From NCBI GenBank assembly GCA_965214095.1, contig OZ243938.1:2496001-2560000 (forward strand): a DNA stretch of 64,000 nt, given 5' to 3'. The translations under genes and the position numbers were made by a program. The notes beneath the pieces are model-generated. The model was not told the DNA's origin. It did not search any database and saw nothing but the letters and a program-made list of their open reading frames with translations. Positions within the stretch are counted from its first letter, which is position 1, and every line of letters begins with the position of its first letter. This DNA is from Candidatus Poribacteria bacterium (GTDB lineage Bacteria; Poribacteria; WGA-4E; WGA-3G). Positions 38,624 to 48,639 of this stretch are shown one piece after another.

Positions 38624-39871
38624 GTGATTGAATTTGACCAATTAAAAGTACCGACAACCGGTGAGAAAATTGAGACATCCAGCGGACAGATGGTTGTCCC
38701 AGATAACCCCATCATACCTGTTATTGAAGGCGACGGTATCGGACGAGACATCATGAAAACGACACGTCGTGTCGTTGATGCTGCTGTTCAAAGTGCTTAT
38801 GATGGTGAGAAGCAGATCGTTTGGTTTGATGTGTATGCTGGTGAAAACGCCATGGATAAATACAATGAATGGCTGCCACAAGATACCTTCAACGCGATTG
38901 AGCATTTCCGTGTGGCACTAAAAGGACCACTAACAACCCCTGTCGGCGGTGGATTTCGCAGTTTGAACGTAACACTACGTCAAGTGCTTGAACTCTATGC
39001 GTGTGTGCGTCCTGTCCGTTATTTTCAAGGTGTCCCCGCGCCTGTTACGCATCCAGAAAAGATGGATGTTGTCATATTCCGTGAGAATACCGAAGATGTC
39101 TACGCAGGTATTGAATGGGAACAAGGCACACCTGAAGTGAAAAAGGTTATTGACCTGCTTCGCACTGAAATGGGTGTTGAAATTCGTGAAGACTCTGGCG
39201 TTGGCATCAAACCGATAAGCATTTTCGCAACGAAACGGCTGACACGCATGGCAATTCAATACGCTATTGAACACGGTAGACGTAGTGTAACCTTTGTCCA
39301 CAAAGGCAATATCATGAAGTTCACTGAAGGTGCGTTCTGCGCGTGGGGATATGAACTCGCTAAAGAGGAATTTGCGGACACAACGATTACAGAAGCAGAG
39401 CTTTATGACGAATATGATGGGAACGTCCCAGAAGGTAAAATAATCGTCAATGACCGAATTGCCGATAGCATGTTACAGCAGATTTTAACCCGTACCGATG
39501 AATACGATGTGATTGTTACACCGAATTTGAATGGTGATTATTTGTCAGATGCAGCAGCAGCACAGGTCGGTGGGATCGGCATGGCACCGGGTGGTAATCT
39601 CAACGATGAAGTCGCACTCTTTGAAGCAACACACGGTACAGCACCGAAATATACTGATCAAGATGTCGTCAACCCGGGTTCACTCATCCTTTCTGCCGTG
39701 ATGATGTTAGAACATATCAATTGGCAGGAAGCCGCAGACCTGATTATCAGTGGACTTGAGAAGACTATTCTCCAAAAGAAAGTCACCTATGATCTGGAAC
39801 GGTTGATGGAGGGTGCAACGAAAGTTCGCACATCTGAATTCGGTGCAGCAATTATTGAAAACTTTCGGTAA
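38624..39871 (+). CDS. icd: NADP-type isocitrate dehydrogenase
   Basis: [51 protein letters not shown]. Confidence 0.97.
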   Translation: MIEFDQLKVPTTGEKIETSSGQMVVPDNPIIPVIEGDGIGRDIMKTTRRVVDAAVQSAYDGEKQIVWFDVYAGENAMDKYNEWLPQDTFNAIEHFRVALKGPLTTPVGGGFRSLNVTLRQVLELYACVRPVRYFQGVPAPVTHPEKMDVVIFRENTEDVYAGIEWEQGTPEVKKVIDLLRTEMGVEIREDSGVGIKPISIFATKRLTRMAIQYAIEHGRRSVTFVHKGNIMKFTEGAFCAWGYELAKEEFADTTITEAELYDEYDGNVPEGKIIVNDRIADSMLQQILTRTDEYDVIVTPNLNGDYLSDAAAAQVGGIGMAPGGNLNDEVALFEATHGTAPKYTDQDVVNPGSLILSAVMMLEHINWQEAADLIISGLEKTILQKKVTYDLERLMEGATKVRTSEFGAAIIENFR

Positions 39872-39905
39872 AAACATCCTGTTACGGTTTACGAGAGAAC
39901 AACAG

Positions 39906-40043
39906 ATGTCATTGAAAACAAAAATAATACTTAGTGTAGGTTTGCTGGCTGGCATTGGTTTTGTAATGGTGTATGTGCTTTATTATCTTCACAAACGGAT
40001 TTTGGAAGAAGTTATCGCAATTCGTGAGCATGTTGAGAAGTAG
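39906..40043 (+). CDS. Small single-TM protein (45 aa)
   Basis: MSLKTKIILSVGLLAGIGFVMVYVLYYL... after icd, with purine-rich upstream sequence. Confidence 0.45.
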   Translation: MSLKTKIILSVGLLAGIGFVMVYVLYYLHKRILEEVIAIREHVEK

Positions 40044-40133
40044 GAAAATAATCATGAATTGGGACCAAATAGTTGAAAAAATCACAGCAGACCGAAACAG
40101 AACCTGAAAATAGAAAGCAGCAACCGGTACAGG

Positions 40134-41630
40134 ATGCACAAAATGTCAAATAACCTACAAATCCCATTCAATTTTGATGAAAAAGAGATATTAAACAGAC
40201 AATTGCCCCCTAAAGGTTATAAAGGTTTTGCCAACTTCCACAAATATTGGGGGAAAAAACCTGCCGAAGTGTGGCGATTCCTAATAGAAAAACTGACTGT
40301 ATCCAACGATATCGTTTTAGACCCCTTCATTGGATCGGGACTAATTGCAAAAGAATGTGTTGATAACAATTGTCGGTTCATCGGTTTTGATGTCAATCCA
40401 ATTAGCATAGAATTAACAAAACTCTATTTACACCCTCCAGATTATATAGATTTAGCTAAGGCAGTTTATGGAATGGAAAGTGATATTAAATCGCAAATCA
40501 ATTCAATGTATGAATTATCAGATGGCGTTATAGCGACACATTTCTTATGGAACAATAATCAGATAAAGCGAGTTTGGACAAAAAGTGGTAGGAAAAGGGT
40601 TGAACTTACCCCAACTCAGTTAGAAATTGAAAATCTCCAAAATATAGAAGAATACCAACCAGTAAGAATTAGAGAACTCCAGTTGTTTGACAATTCAAGA
40701 ATAAATTCAAAAAAAGCATTCTCTGCAAAAACACTTTTTACTCCAAGAGCATTGAGAGCAATTGACATAATTAAAGGTGAGATTGAAAAGCATTCTGGTG
40801 ACTTAAAAAGAGCGTTGATGTTAATATTATCAGCGTCGGTGGGTCAAATGTCAAAAATGGTTTTTGCTGTTTCAAACAGGGGGAAAACCAAGGGAATTGA
40901 AACAAACAATGTTGAAGTTGGGAGTTGGGTAGTTGGATATTGGTGTCCCGCGCAGCACTTTGAGATAAACGCATGGAACTGTTATTTAACTAAAGCCACC
41001 AAATTGTTAAAAGCTGTCGAAGAAGGTCGACAGCTAAAATCTGCTACAATTTCAACATCTCTAGCCGATTTCCTAAATAAAGAAAGAACCGCTTATGTCC
41101 AGCAAGGTGATTCTGAACAACTTCTAAAAGATATACCATCATCGTCCATTAACCTTATATTAACAGACCCACCACATGGAGATAGAATTCCCTATTTAGA
41201 ACTTAGTGAGATGTGGAACAGCATCATAGGATTAGATTCTAACTATGAAGAGGAACTCGTTGTTTCAAATGCAAAGGATCGTGGAAAAGATGTTAAATTG
41301 TATAATGAAAAATTATCTGCCATTTTTTACCAATGTGCTCGAGTTTTAAAAAAAAATGGTGTAATGGCAATTCTGTTTAACACCCGATCTGAGTGTCATT
41401 GGCAAAGTTTCCGAGAATTGGAGGAAACTACAGGATTAACATATATTGGATGTTATCCAAGTGCATATTCTGCTGGTTCTGTCCTACAGGATAATAGAAA
41501 GGGTGGATTAAAATCAGATTTCGTTCTGTTGTATGGAAACAAGATTAGCGAGGAAAAACGTCTTGAAACCGTAGAAGATTTTAACGATGTCAAGGATTGG
41601 ACAACCCTCTATCCTCTAGAAAGTGATTGA
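40134..41630 (+). CDS. Amino-DNA methyltransferase of a type II R-M system
   Basis: HKYWGKKP, motif I DPFIGSG near the N-terminus, motif IV TDPPH near the C-terminus. Confidence 0.88.
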   Translation: MHKMSNNLQIPFNFDEKEILNRQLPPKGYKGFANFHKYWGKKPAEVWRFLIEKLTVSNDIVLDPFIGSGLIAKECVDNNCRFIGFDVNPISIELTKLYLHPPDYIDLAKAVYGMESDIKSQINSMYELSDGVIATHFLWNNNQIKRVWTKSGRKRVELTPTQLEIENLQNIEEYQPVRIRELQLFDNSRINSKKAFSAKTLFTPRALRAIDIIKGEIEKHSGDLKRALMLILSASVGQMSKMVFAVSNRGKTKGIETNNVEVGSWVVGYWCPAQHFEINAWNCYLTKATKLLKAVEEGRQLKSATISTSLADFLNKERTAYVQQGDSEQLLKDIPSSSINLILTDPPHGDRIPYLELSEMWNSIIGLDSNYEEELVVSNAKDRGKDVKLYNEKLSAIFYQCARVLKKNGVMAILFNTRSECHWQSFRELEETTGLTYIGCYPSAYSAGSVLQDNRKGGLKSDFVLLYGNKISEEKRLETVEDFNDVKDWTTLYPLESD

Positions 41631-42724
41631 AAATGTTGGATTTTAGTACTGCTGTGAGTATGTTCAAAAATGATAGAATTCGTGAACTCTCATCAACAGA
41701 TGAAGGAATGCAATTTTTAAAGCTCCGTTCACTTTCACGAAAAGAACAACTTGATTACCTGATCAATAAATTTGATGTAGATATAGGGAGTAACAAGACA
41801 AACAATGAAAAGTTGAGAATAATCTTTGAATCTGATTTACGTTCAGAAAAAATAGACGACACTATTCAAGAATTGTTTGAAAAAGAACGGAAAACTCGTC
41901 GTGAAAGCGAGCCGCAATTGATAAATCAGTTGTACAAAGTTCAGTCTTTTGGGTGGGGAGGATTACATCAGAACAGTTTAGAAACAACTATTGTAAATAG
42001 GTATGTGAAGAAGATAACTTCTTATGATTCATTGTCTGATGCAATAGAAAATGATCTACACAAAAGTTTACGTGCCTACGTATTAGCATCATGGTATAAC
42101 CATTGGACTTCTATCATTATTGAAGATATTTTTAAAGAACATGTGAATGTAATTCCTGCAGTAGGACAGATAAAGAAAATCGACTTTTTTGTTAATAACA
42201 AACCTTATGACTTAAAAGTAACTTATTTACCTGAAGGCTACATTAAGGGTTATCGGAAGGAAAGCGGGTTACGTCCTGAGTTGACCTTAATGAAAAATTT
42301 AGCGCGAGAATTAAATATTGGTTTTGATACTACTGTTTCTGAGTCTGTTTTAATTCCTGATTTATGGCATAAACTTGACGATAATCCAAGTGAAAGTGCT
42401 CGTGGATTGATAAATGAATTACAAACATGTAGGGAAGAGTTATTAAACATCTCCATTGCGAATCCTGTATTACTTGGACAATGGTTTTATGAAAATCAGG
42501 GTGTGCGGCGTTTTGATGCTTCAAACCGATTATTCTTGGTGCTGGTAGATAAAACTAACTTTTTTGAATCTTGGAAATTAAAAAGAGCCAGACCTTTGAT
42601 AGTACAACATGTAAACGAATATCTGAAGAAATCGAATATAGATGTAGGTTTTCAACTTGATTTCAATTGGGAAGGAGAAACTTACTCAACTGAAGCTGAT
42701 GTGATTTTTGTTGTCAAACAATAA
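41627..42724 (+). CDS. Probable type II restriction endonuclease (PD-(D/E)XK)
   Basis: Overlaps the MTase stop. E..F...KKIDFF....YDLK catalytic-like motif. Confidence 0.7.
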   Translation: MKMLDFSTAVSMFKNDRIRELSSTDEGMQFLKLRSLSRKEQLDYLINKFDVDIGSNKTNNEKLRIIFESDLRSEKIDDTIQELFEKERKTRRESEPQLINQLYKVQSFGWGGLHQNSLETTIVNRYVKKITSYDSLSDAIENDLHKSLRAYVLASWYNHWTSIIIEDIFKEHVNVIPAVGQIKKIDFFVNNKPYDLKVTYLPEGYIKGYRKESGLRPELTLMKNLARELNIGFDTTVSESVLIPDLWHKLDDNPSESARGLINELQTCREELLNISIANPVLLGQWFYENQGVRRFDASNRLFLVLVDKTNFFESWKLKRARPLIVQHVNEYLKKSNIDVGFQLDFNWEGETYSTEADVIFVVKQ

Positions 42725-42757
42725 CGTTAAGCAAAAAGATACAGAACGGAGGAAGAA

Positions 42758-43684
42758 GTGGCAAGAAAGAAAATTAGTGTAATTGGTGCAGGAAACGTCG
42801 GCGCGACAGCAGCATTCCTTATCGCACAGAAGCAGCTGGGTGATGTCGTCATGATTGACATCGTTGATGGCGTGCCGCAAGGTAAAGCACTGGATATGGC
42901 GGAAATGGGTCCGGTAGAACTGTTTGACGCTGCGATTAGTGGTGACCTTGATTATTCCGCAACCGCTAACTCAGATTTAGTGATTATCACATCGGGTTCT
43001 CCACGCAAACCGGGTATGACACGCGAAGACCTATTACAAACAAACGCGAATATCGTTGGGAGTGTCACAGAAAATGTGGTGAAGCATTCACCAAACACAA
43101 TCCTATTAATGCTCACTAACCCGCTTGACATCATGACATACCATGCGTGGAAGGTATCAGGATTTCCCTCACATCGCGTTGTAGGACAAGCAGGTGTGTT
43201 GGACTCAGCACGGTTCCGTTATTTCATTTCGTTAGAACTTGGGGTATCTGTAGAAGACATCCATGCACTCGTTCTTGGTGGACACGGTGATACGATGGTG
43301 CCATTACCACGTTATACTACTGTCAACGGTATTCCAATTCCACAGTTGATACCAGAAGATCGTATTGAAGCAATGGCACAACGCACACGTGATGGCGGTG
43401 CCGAGGTTGTCAACTTGCTCAAAACGAGTGGGTACTATGCTGCGGGAGCATCGTTAGCACAGATGGCAGAAGCGATTATTTTGGATAAGAAACGACTACT
43501 CCCATGTTCTGCACATCTTACAGGACAATACGGTATCAATGACCTCTATATCGGCGTTCCAATTAAATTAGGTGCGAATGGCATTGAAGAGATCCTTGAG
43601 ATCGAATTGACAGATGATGAATTGAATGCCTTGCAAACATCAGCAAATACTTATCGCGAGGGGATTGCGTTGTTGGAGTACTAA
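42758..43684 (+). CDS. mdh: Malate dehydrogenase (LDH-like)
   Basis: GAGNVG, PRKPGMTREDLL, LDSAR, LGGHGD. Confidence 0.96.
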   Translation: MARKKISVIGAGNVGATAAFLIAQKQLGDVVMIDIVDGVPQGKALDMAEMGPVELFDAAISGDLDYSATANSDLVIITSGSPRKPGMTREDLLQTNANIVGSVTENVVKHSPNTILLMLTNPLDIMTYHAWKVSGFPSHRVVGQAGVLDSARFRYFISLELGVSVEDIHALVLGGHGDTMVPLPRYTTVNGIPIPQLIPEDRIEAMAQRTRDGGAEVVNLLKTSGYYAAGASLAQMAEAIILDKKRLLPCSAHLTGQYGINDLYIGVPIKLGANGIEEILEIELTDDELNALQTSANTYREGIALLEY

Positions 43685-43812
43685 GCAGTCTGACGCGCAT
43701 TCAGTAATTCAGGTAATCCCGTTGCTTGATACGAACTAATGGGATTTAGAAATCGAAAATATCTTGTTTCTTGTAATTATGTCATGCTATGATAATTGCA
43801 AGGAGGCAAAAC

Positions 43813-44025
43813 ATGGAACAAGTCTATACCGCTCAAATTCAACATCGTGGTGAATGGTGGATCGGATGGATACGCGAAATATCCGGTGTGAATTGTCAAG
43901 AAAGAACCCGAGAAGAATTGTTAGAAACACTGAAAATCACGTTGCGTGAAGCCTTAGAACTTGAAGCAGAAGAAGCTGCACAACAAATTGAAGATGAGTA
44001 TGAGTTGGTCAAGATCGCTGTATGA
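43813..44025 (+). CDS. hicB: HicB-like antitoxin (short, no DNA-binding domain)
   Basis: WWIGWIREISGVNCQERTREE. AGGAGG RBS before ATG 43813. Confidence 0.82.
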   Translation: MEQVYTAQIQHRGEWWIGWIREISGVNCQERTREELLETLKITLREALELEAEEAAQQIEDEYELVKIAV

Positions 44026-44207
44026 AACTTAGACAGTTGATTCGACATCTCAAGAAACACGGATGTTACTTGATTCGTGAAGGTAGTAAACATTCGTGGT
44101 GGGGTAATGCGGATACAGGTGCTCGTACTGCTGTTCCAAGACATACTGAAATTGACAATAGACTTGCTAAGAAAATCTGTAAAGATTTAGGCATTCCACG
44201 ACTATAA
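44022..44207 (+). CDS. hicA: HicA-like toxin
   Basis: REGSKH and VPRHTEI motifs. Confidence 0.88.
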   Translation: MKLRQLIRHLKKHGCYLIREGSKHSWWGNADTGARTAVPRHTEIDNRLAKKICKDLGIPRL

Positions 44208-44430
44208 TACAGATTTACAACGATATTGATTGACTAGTCGCACACTACTAAGAGGTCCAGGAAAAGATGCGACGGTCTGACAAATATAAATTCGCAGATT
44301 TACCAAGTAAAAATCTGAAATTCCCAGAATCTGTGGATTTTGAAGTTGATAATTGGTGTGGTTAGGTGCTTGGCAGACTTATCGTAAACGGATTGCGTTG
44401 TTGGGTTACTAAAGATTTTGATTAAGAGAT

Positions 44431-44475
44431 TGCCCCCGTACTTAGTTCCTATAAAAGGTTTCTAGTACGAGGGCA
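44431..44475 (-). terminator. Hairpin downstream of dnaK
   Basis: TGCCCCCGTACT...AGTACGAGGGCA. Confidence 0.55.
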
Positions 44476-44490
44476 TTCTAATTTCCTGTC

Positions 44491-46410
44491 TTATTCCTTC
44501 TTCTCTTCATCTTCGTCAACAACTTCGTATTCAGCGTCAACGACATCCTCAGGTGGCGTATCTTCTGAAGGAACATCTTCAGGAGTAGCACCCTGTTCGG
44601 CATCGGCTGTCTGTTGATAAAGTTGCGCTGATGCCTCATGCCAAATCTGCATCAATTCATCTGTAGCAGATTTTATCTCCTCGTTGTTGTTTGTTTCAAG
44701 TGCCTGCTTGACCCGTTCAACACCTGCATTGACTTTTTCCTTCGTAGCATCATCCACCTTATCCCCAAATTCCTTCAGGTTTTTCTCAGTTTCATAGACT
44801 AAAGAGTCAGCACGGTTGCGAGTTTCAACTTCTTCCCGTTTCTGTTTATCCTCTTCCGCGTGTGATTCGGCATCTTTCACCATCTGATCAATTTCTGCAT
44901 CAGAGAGACCGGAGGAAGCAGTAATCGTGATTTTCTGCTCCTTACCTGTTGCCGTATCCTTAGCCGAGACATTCAGAATACCGTTGGCATCAATATCAAA
45001 GGTAACATCAATTTGCGGCATACCTCTGGGAGCGGGTGGAATATCGCTCAGACGGAATCGACCAATTGTTTTGTTATAAACTGCCTGCTCCCGTTCACCT
45101 TGAAGCACATGCACATCAACAGAAGTCTGGTTGTCTTCAGCAGTTGTGAACTTTTCAGATTTCTTTGTTGGAATGGTCGTATTCTTTTCTATCAACCGCG
45201 TAAAAATACCACCAAGTGTTTCAATACCAAGTGAAAGCGGGGTTACATCTAATAGAAGGATATCTTTTACTTCCTCATCACCAGCAAGCACACCACCCTG
45301 AATTGCTGCGCCTACAGCAACGACTTCATCAGGATTGACACCTTTATGCGGTTCTTTACCGAATAGTTGCTCCACTGCTTCTTGCACTTTCGGCATACGT
45401 GTCTGTCCACCTACAAGTATAACTTCGTCAATATCGGAGGGTTGCATCTCAGCATCAGCCAGTGCTTGTTTGCACGGTGTCAGAGAACGTTGAACTAACT
45501 CATCAGTGATTTGTTCAAGTTTCGCGCGTGTCAGTGTCAAATTGAGGTGCTTGGGACCACTTGCATCGCTTGTAATAAACGGCAGATTAATATCTGTTTG
45601 CGGCGTGCTGGAGAGTTCACATTTTGCTGTTTCTGCTGCCTCTTTAAGACGTTGGAGTGCCATCTGATCACCACGCAAGTCAATCCCTTGACTACTGAGA
45701 AACTCTTGTGCCATCCAATCAATAATCGTTTGGTCAAAATCATCACCACCGAGGTGAGTATCTCCGTTTGTGCTTTTCACTTCAAAAACACCATCACCGA
45801 TTTCCAAAATAGAAATATCAAACGTGCCACCACCAAGGTCGTAGACAGCGATTTTCTTGTCACCTTCATTTTGCAACCCATAAGCAAGTGAAGCAGCAGT
45901 CGGTTCGTTGATTATCCGTAACACTTCTAAACCGGCGATCTTACCGGAATCCGCTGTAGCTTGACGTTGGGAATCATTGAAGTAAGCAGGCACGGTGATA
46001 ACTGCTTGTGTAACTTCATTCCCAAGATATGCCTCCGCGGTTTCTTTCATTTTCCGCAGAACCATTGCTGAGATTTCTGGTGGAGAATACTCTTTACCAT
46101 CAATGTTAACAGCAACATCACCATCTTTATCACTTTTTAATTCATAAGGCACGCGGGAAGCATCATCCCCAAGTTCATTATATTTTCGTCCCATGAACCG
46201 TTTTATTGAAAAAATTGTATTTTCGGGATTTGTGATAGCTTGTCTTTTGGCTACTTGTCCGACCGGACGCTCACCCTCTTTCGTAAAACCGACAATTGAG
46301 GGAGTCGTCCGATTGCCTTCCGCGTTTTCAATAACCTTCGCATCGCCACTTTCTAAAACGGCAACGCATGAATTTGTCGTTCCTAAATCAATTCCAATTA
46401 CTTTACTCAT
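44491..46410 (-). CDS. dnaK: Hsp70 chaperone
   Basis: [32 protein letters not shown] tail. Start at MSKVIG. Confidence 0.98.
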   Translation of the reverse strand: MSKVIGIDLGTTNSCVAVLESGDAKVIENAEGNRTTPSIVGFTKEGERPVGQVAKRQAITNPENTIFSIKRFMGRKYNELGDDASRVPYELKSDKDGDVAVNIDGKEYSPPEISAMVLRKMKETAEAYLGNEVTQAVITVPAYFNDSQRQATADSGKIAGLEVLRIINEPTAASLAYGLQNEGDKKIAVYDLGGGTFDISILEIGDGVFEVKSTNGDTHLGGDDFDQTIIDWMAQEFLSSQGIDLRGDQMALQRLKEAAETAKCELSSTPQTDINLPFITSDASGPKHLNLTLTRAKLEQITDELVQRSLTPCKQALADAEMQPSDIDEVILVGGQTRMPKVQEAVEQLFGKEPHKGVNPDEVVAVGAAIQGGVLAGDEEVKDILLLDVTPLSLGIETLGGIFTRLIEKNTTIPTKKSEKFTTAEDNQTSVDVHVLQGEREQAVYNKTIGRFRLSDIPPAPRGMPQIDVTFDIDANGILNVSAKDTATGKEQKITITASSGLSDAEIDQMVKDAESHAEEDKQKREEVETRNRADSLVYETEKNLKEFGDKVDDATKEKVNAGVERVKQALETNNNEEIKSATDELMQIWHEASAQLYQQTADAEQGATPEDVPSEDTPPEDVVDAEYEVVDEDEEKKE

Positions 46411-46467
46411 TATTGTCTCCATCAGTATAATAAATATATAGTTTGTATAATTTGATAAAATTATAAG

Positions 46468-46484
46468 TGCAATTTCTGTGCCAA
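46468..46484 (-). promoter_or_regulatory. sigma54 promoter upstream of dnaK
   Basis: Minus-strand TTGGCAC-AGAAA-TTGCA, 57 bp before the ATG. Confidence 0.8.
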
Positions 46485-46569
46485 CATTTATGCTAGCAAA
46501 TGAGGGTTAAGTTAGGGAAGTAAGTCAATATGGCAGTTTTAATCGTAATGATGATACAAAATATGTCTG

Positions 46570-47379
46570 TCAATATGACACATCTTGAATTTGATACTTC
46601 TGTTTAAGGCTGCCCCAAGTCGTTGGCAATTTATCGTCTGGGTCAACCGACAACAATCTATCAATACCTTTCTGAACCAATTGCACCTCTTTTTGGGTAA
46701 GTCCACGGTTGTAAATAGCAAACTCATCCATATCCCCGTTATAGTAACGATTCAAATTAGGTGGGTCTTCAGTGCCAAGCAGCAGATGGGCTTCAACAGG
46801 CACTAATTCACTTTTTTGTCGTGGATGGTCTATTAACACCTCACCATCAAGATAGACCGTCCACCATTCATTACTCTGAAAGGAAACAGCAACGTGTTGC
46901 CATTTATCCTTGACTATTCTGACTGGACTTCTCTCAGGCACCTGCCGTCCATTTGACAACTTCCATCCCATCCATATATATCCATCTGGATGGAGAAGCA
47001 CCTCAAAATATTCCTCTACATCCGGTCCCTTAGCTGCTATAAGTTGCCATTCACCAGGTCCTTTGACTAAGGTAGGTCGGATCCATGCACATACAGTTAT
47101 GCCTTCGGTAAATAGAAATTGATGGGAATGGAAAACCCGTACAATTCCGTTTTCTCCACCGAAATTAAGTCCTTTACCGTATTTACCATCGGTCCAACTC
47201 GTGTCTCCTTCTAATTTTCCTTCCTGTCCGTTTCCAGATAGATCTGTGACGGTTTCACCCTGTCCATCTTCAAAACCGAAATAAACCACTAAGCCTTCCA
47301 CTTCCGCCGCTACACAGTCAATTTGATAACTCGCTACCATACATAGTATTAAGAGAAAGAGAATGATAAGGTTTCGCAT
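46570..47379 (-). CDS. Secreted LamG/concanavalin-like protein with C-terminal KLPTTWGSLK motif
   Basis: Signal peptide, DLSGNG, WQHVA, YLDG, GDMDEFAIYNRGL. Confidence 0.88.
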   Translation of the reverse strand: MRNLIILFLLILCMVASYQIDCVAAEVEGLVVYFGFEDGQGETVTDLSGNGQEGKLEGDTSWTDGKYGKGLNFGGENGIVRVFHSHQFLFTEGITVCAWIRPTLVKGPGEWQLIAAKGPDVEEYFEVLLHPDGYIWMGWKLSNGRQVPERSPVRIVKDKWQHVAVSFQSNEWWTVYLDGEVLIDHPRQKSELVPVEAHLLLGTEDPPNLNRYYNGDMDEFAIYNRGLTQKEVQLVQKGIDRLLSVDPDDKLPTTWGSLKQKYQIQDVSY

Positions 47380-47471
47380 AAGTTGCTCCTGTGTTTAATC
47401 GGAACGATGGGTTGTATGATGTGGATACATTACATCTAACTACATTGTAAGGTGGGTCTCTGTGTCAGCCT

Positions 47472-47608
47472 TATAGTAAAACCATAATTATTTACATACT
47501 ACGGTAGGTTCGGTTTCCTAACCGAACCGGTGTTTGTTCAGTCTCATAGATGCGGTTAGGAAACCGCATCTACCGGGGAGTGTGCACGTATTTTTACATT
47601 TCACTATA
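47472..47608. mobile_element. MITE family B, intact copy, with inverted REP doublet
   Basis: TATAGTAAAACC...TTTCACTATA. Lies inside another degenerate REP pair. Confidence 0.82.
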
Positions 47609-47674
47609 ATTTCCACCTATCAGACATAATAAGGCACAGAGATCCTACTCTACAAATGATTTATGAGTTACGAT

Positions 47675-48397
47675 CTAAGCAAATGGGAATGTGCCTTGGT
47701 ATCCGCGGGGTCTTGAAACATGCCATACACCATCATACATCGGTGTAACCTGATAATGGCAAACGACATTGCTCCGTTCCATATCGTCTCTTTCCTTTGC
47801 ACCTTGATGCGGCATGTGATTAATGAACACAACACAATCCCCTGCCTTCGGGTACAAGATTGCGTGTTCTTGTGATTCACACCATTCTTCAAATTTAGGA
47901 CGATCTAACGGATACAGATGCGGTGGTTCGTTGATATGACCACCCTTTACGAACTTAAGATGTCCATCGCCTGGACCGTTGTCTTGAAAATAGTAAGTAG
48001 TATTAATCCCCGCTGGTGCCATTGCAAACGGATGTTCTTCAACATACCGCTTTTCATGCCAATACCCGTAAAAGTCCATGTGCCATTCCTGTAGGTAAGG
48101 ACCTGGATTGATATGGGCACGCAAACTACGGAGTTGACACTGCTTACCCATCAGTCCTTCAAGATATGGTCGTACACTTGGATGTCCGACAAGTGGGGCA
48201 TAAGTATCAGGTTCACGATCAAGCAGGGAATCAAACCACATGTTGCCTACGGCGTTCAAACCTTCTTCCCAACCTTGTTCACGGGCATAATTCACTCGTT
48301 GACGTATATTTTCGGTTTCTTCCTGTGACAACGCACCTTCTATTAAGATATAACCGTCTTCCAATAGTTGTGCGACGTTAGCTTTATTATCTTCCAT
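47675..48397 (-). CDS. PhyH-family Fe/2OG dioxygenase
   Basis: EDGYILI, WHMD, KAGDCVVF...HQG, RS. Confidence 0.86.
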   Translation of the reverse strand: MEDNKANVAQLLEDGYILIEGALSQEETENIRQRVNYAREQGWEEGLNAVGNMWFDSLLDREPDTYAPLVGHPSVRPYLEGLMGKQCQLRSLRAHINPGPYLQEWHMDFYGYWHEKRYVEEHPFAMAPAGINTTYYFQDNGPGDGHLKFVKGGHINEPPHLYPLDRPKFEEWCESQEHAILYPKAGDCVVFINHMPHQGAKERDDMERSNVVCHYQVTPMYDGVWHVSRPRGYQGTFPFA

Positions 48398-48639
48398 GGT
48401 TCATCTCCTTTTGAAGATTCAGCGTTATACCATCTCCAATTGAACACTTCTCATTAACAAAATATGCATTCGTAGTCGCGCAATTCATTACGCCTCGGAC
48501 ATTTTACATTACACATTATATATGAAAATACAATTCGGGCAATATGTTTCATTAATTGTTTGGTATAAATCGGGGTTAGAAACCCCTCCTACAAATAACA
48601 AGTAGCAACTTGGACTAAAAAAGTTTTCTTTAGCAAGTG

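Noticed and set aside
44232-44330. Stem-loops after hicA as an ncRNA or type I/III antitoxin
   Set aside because: Short imperfect hairpins with no repeat structure or known motif. Terminator-like at most.
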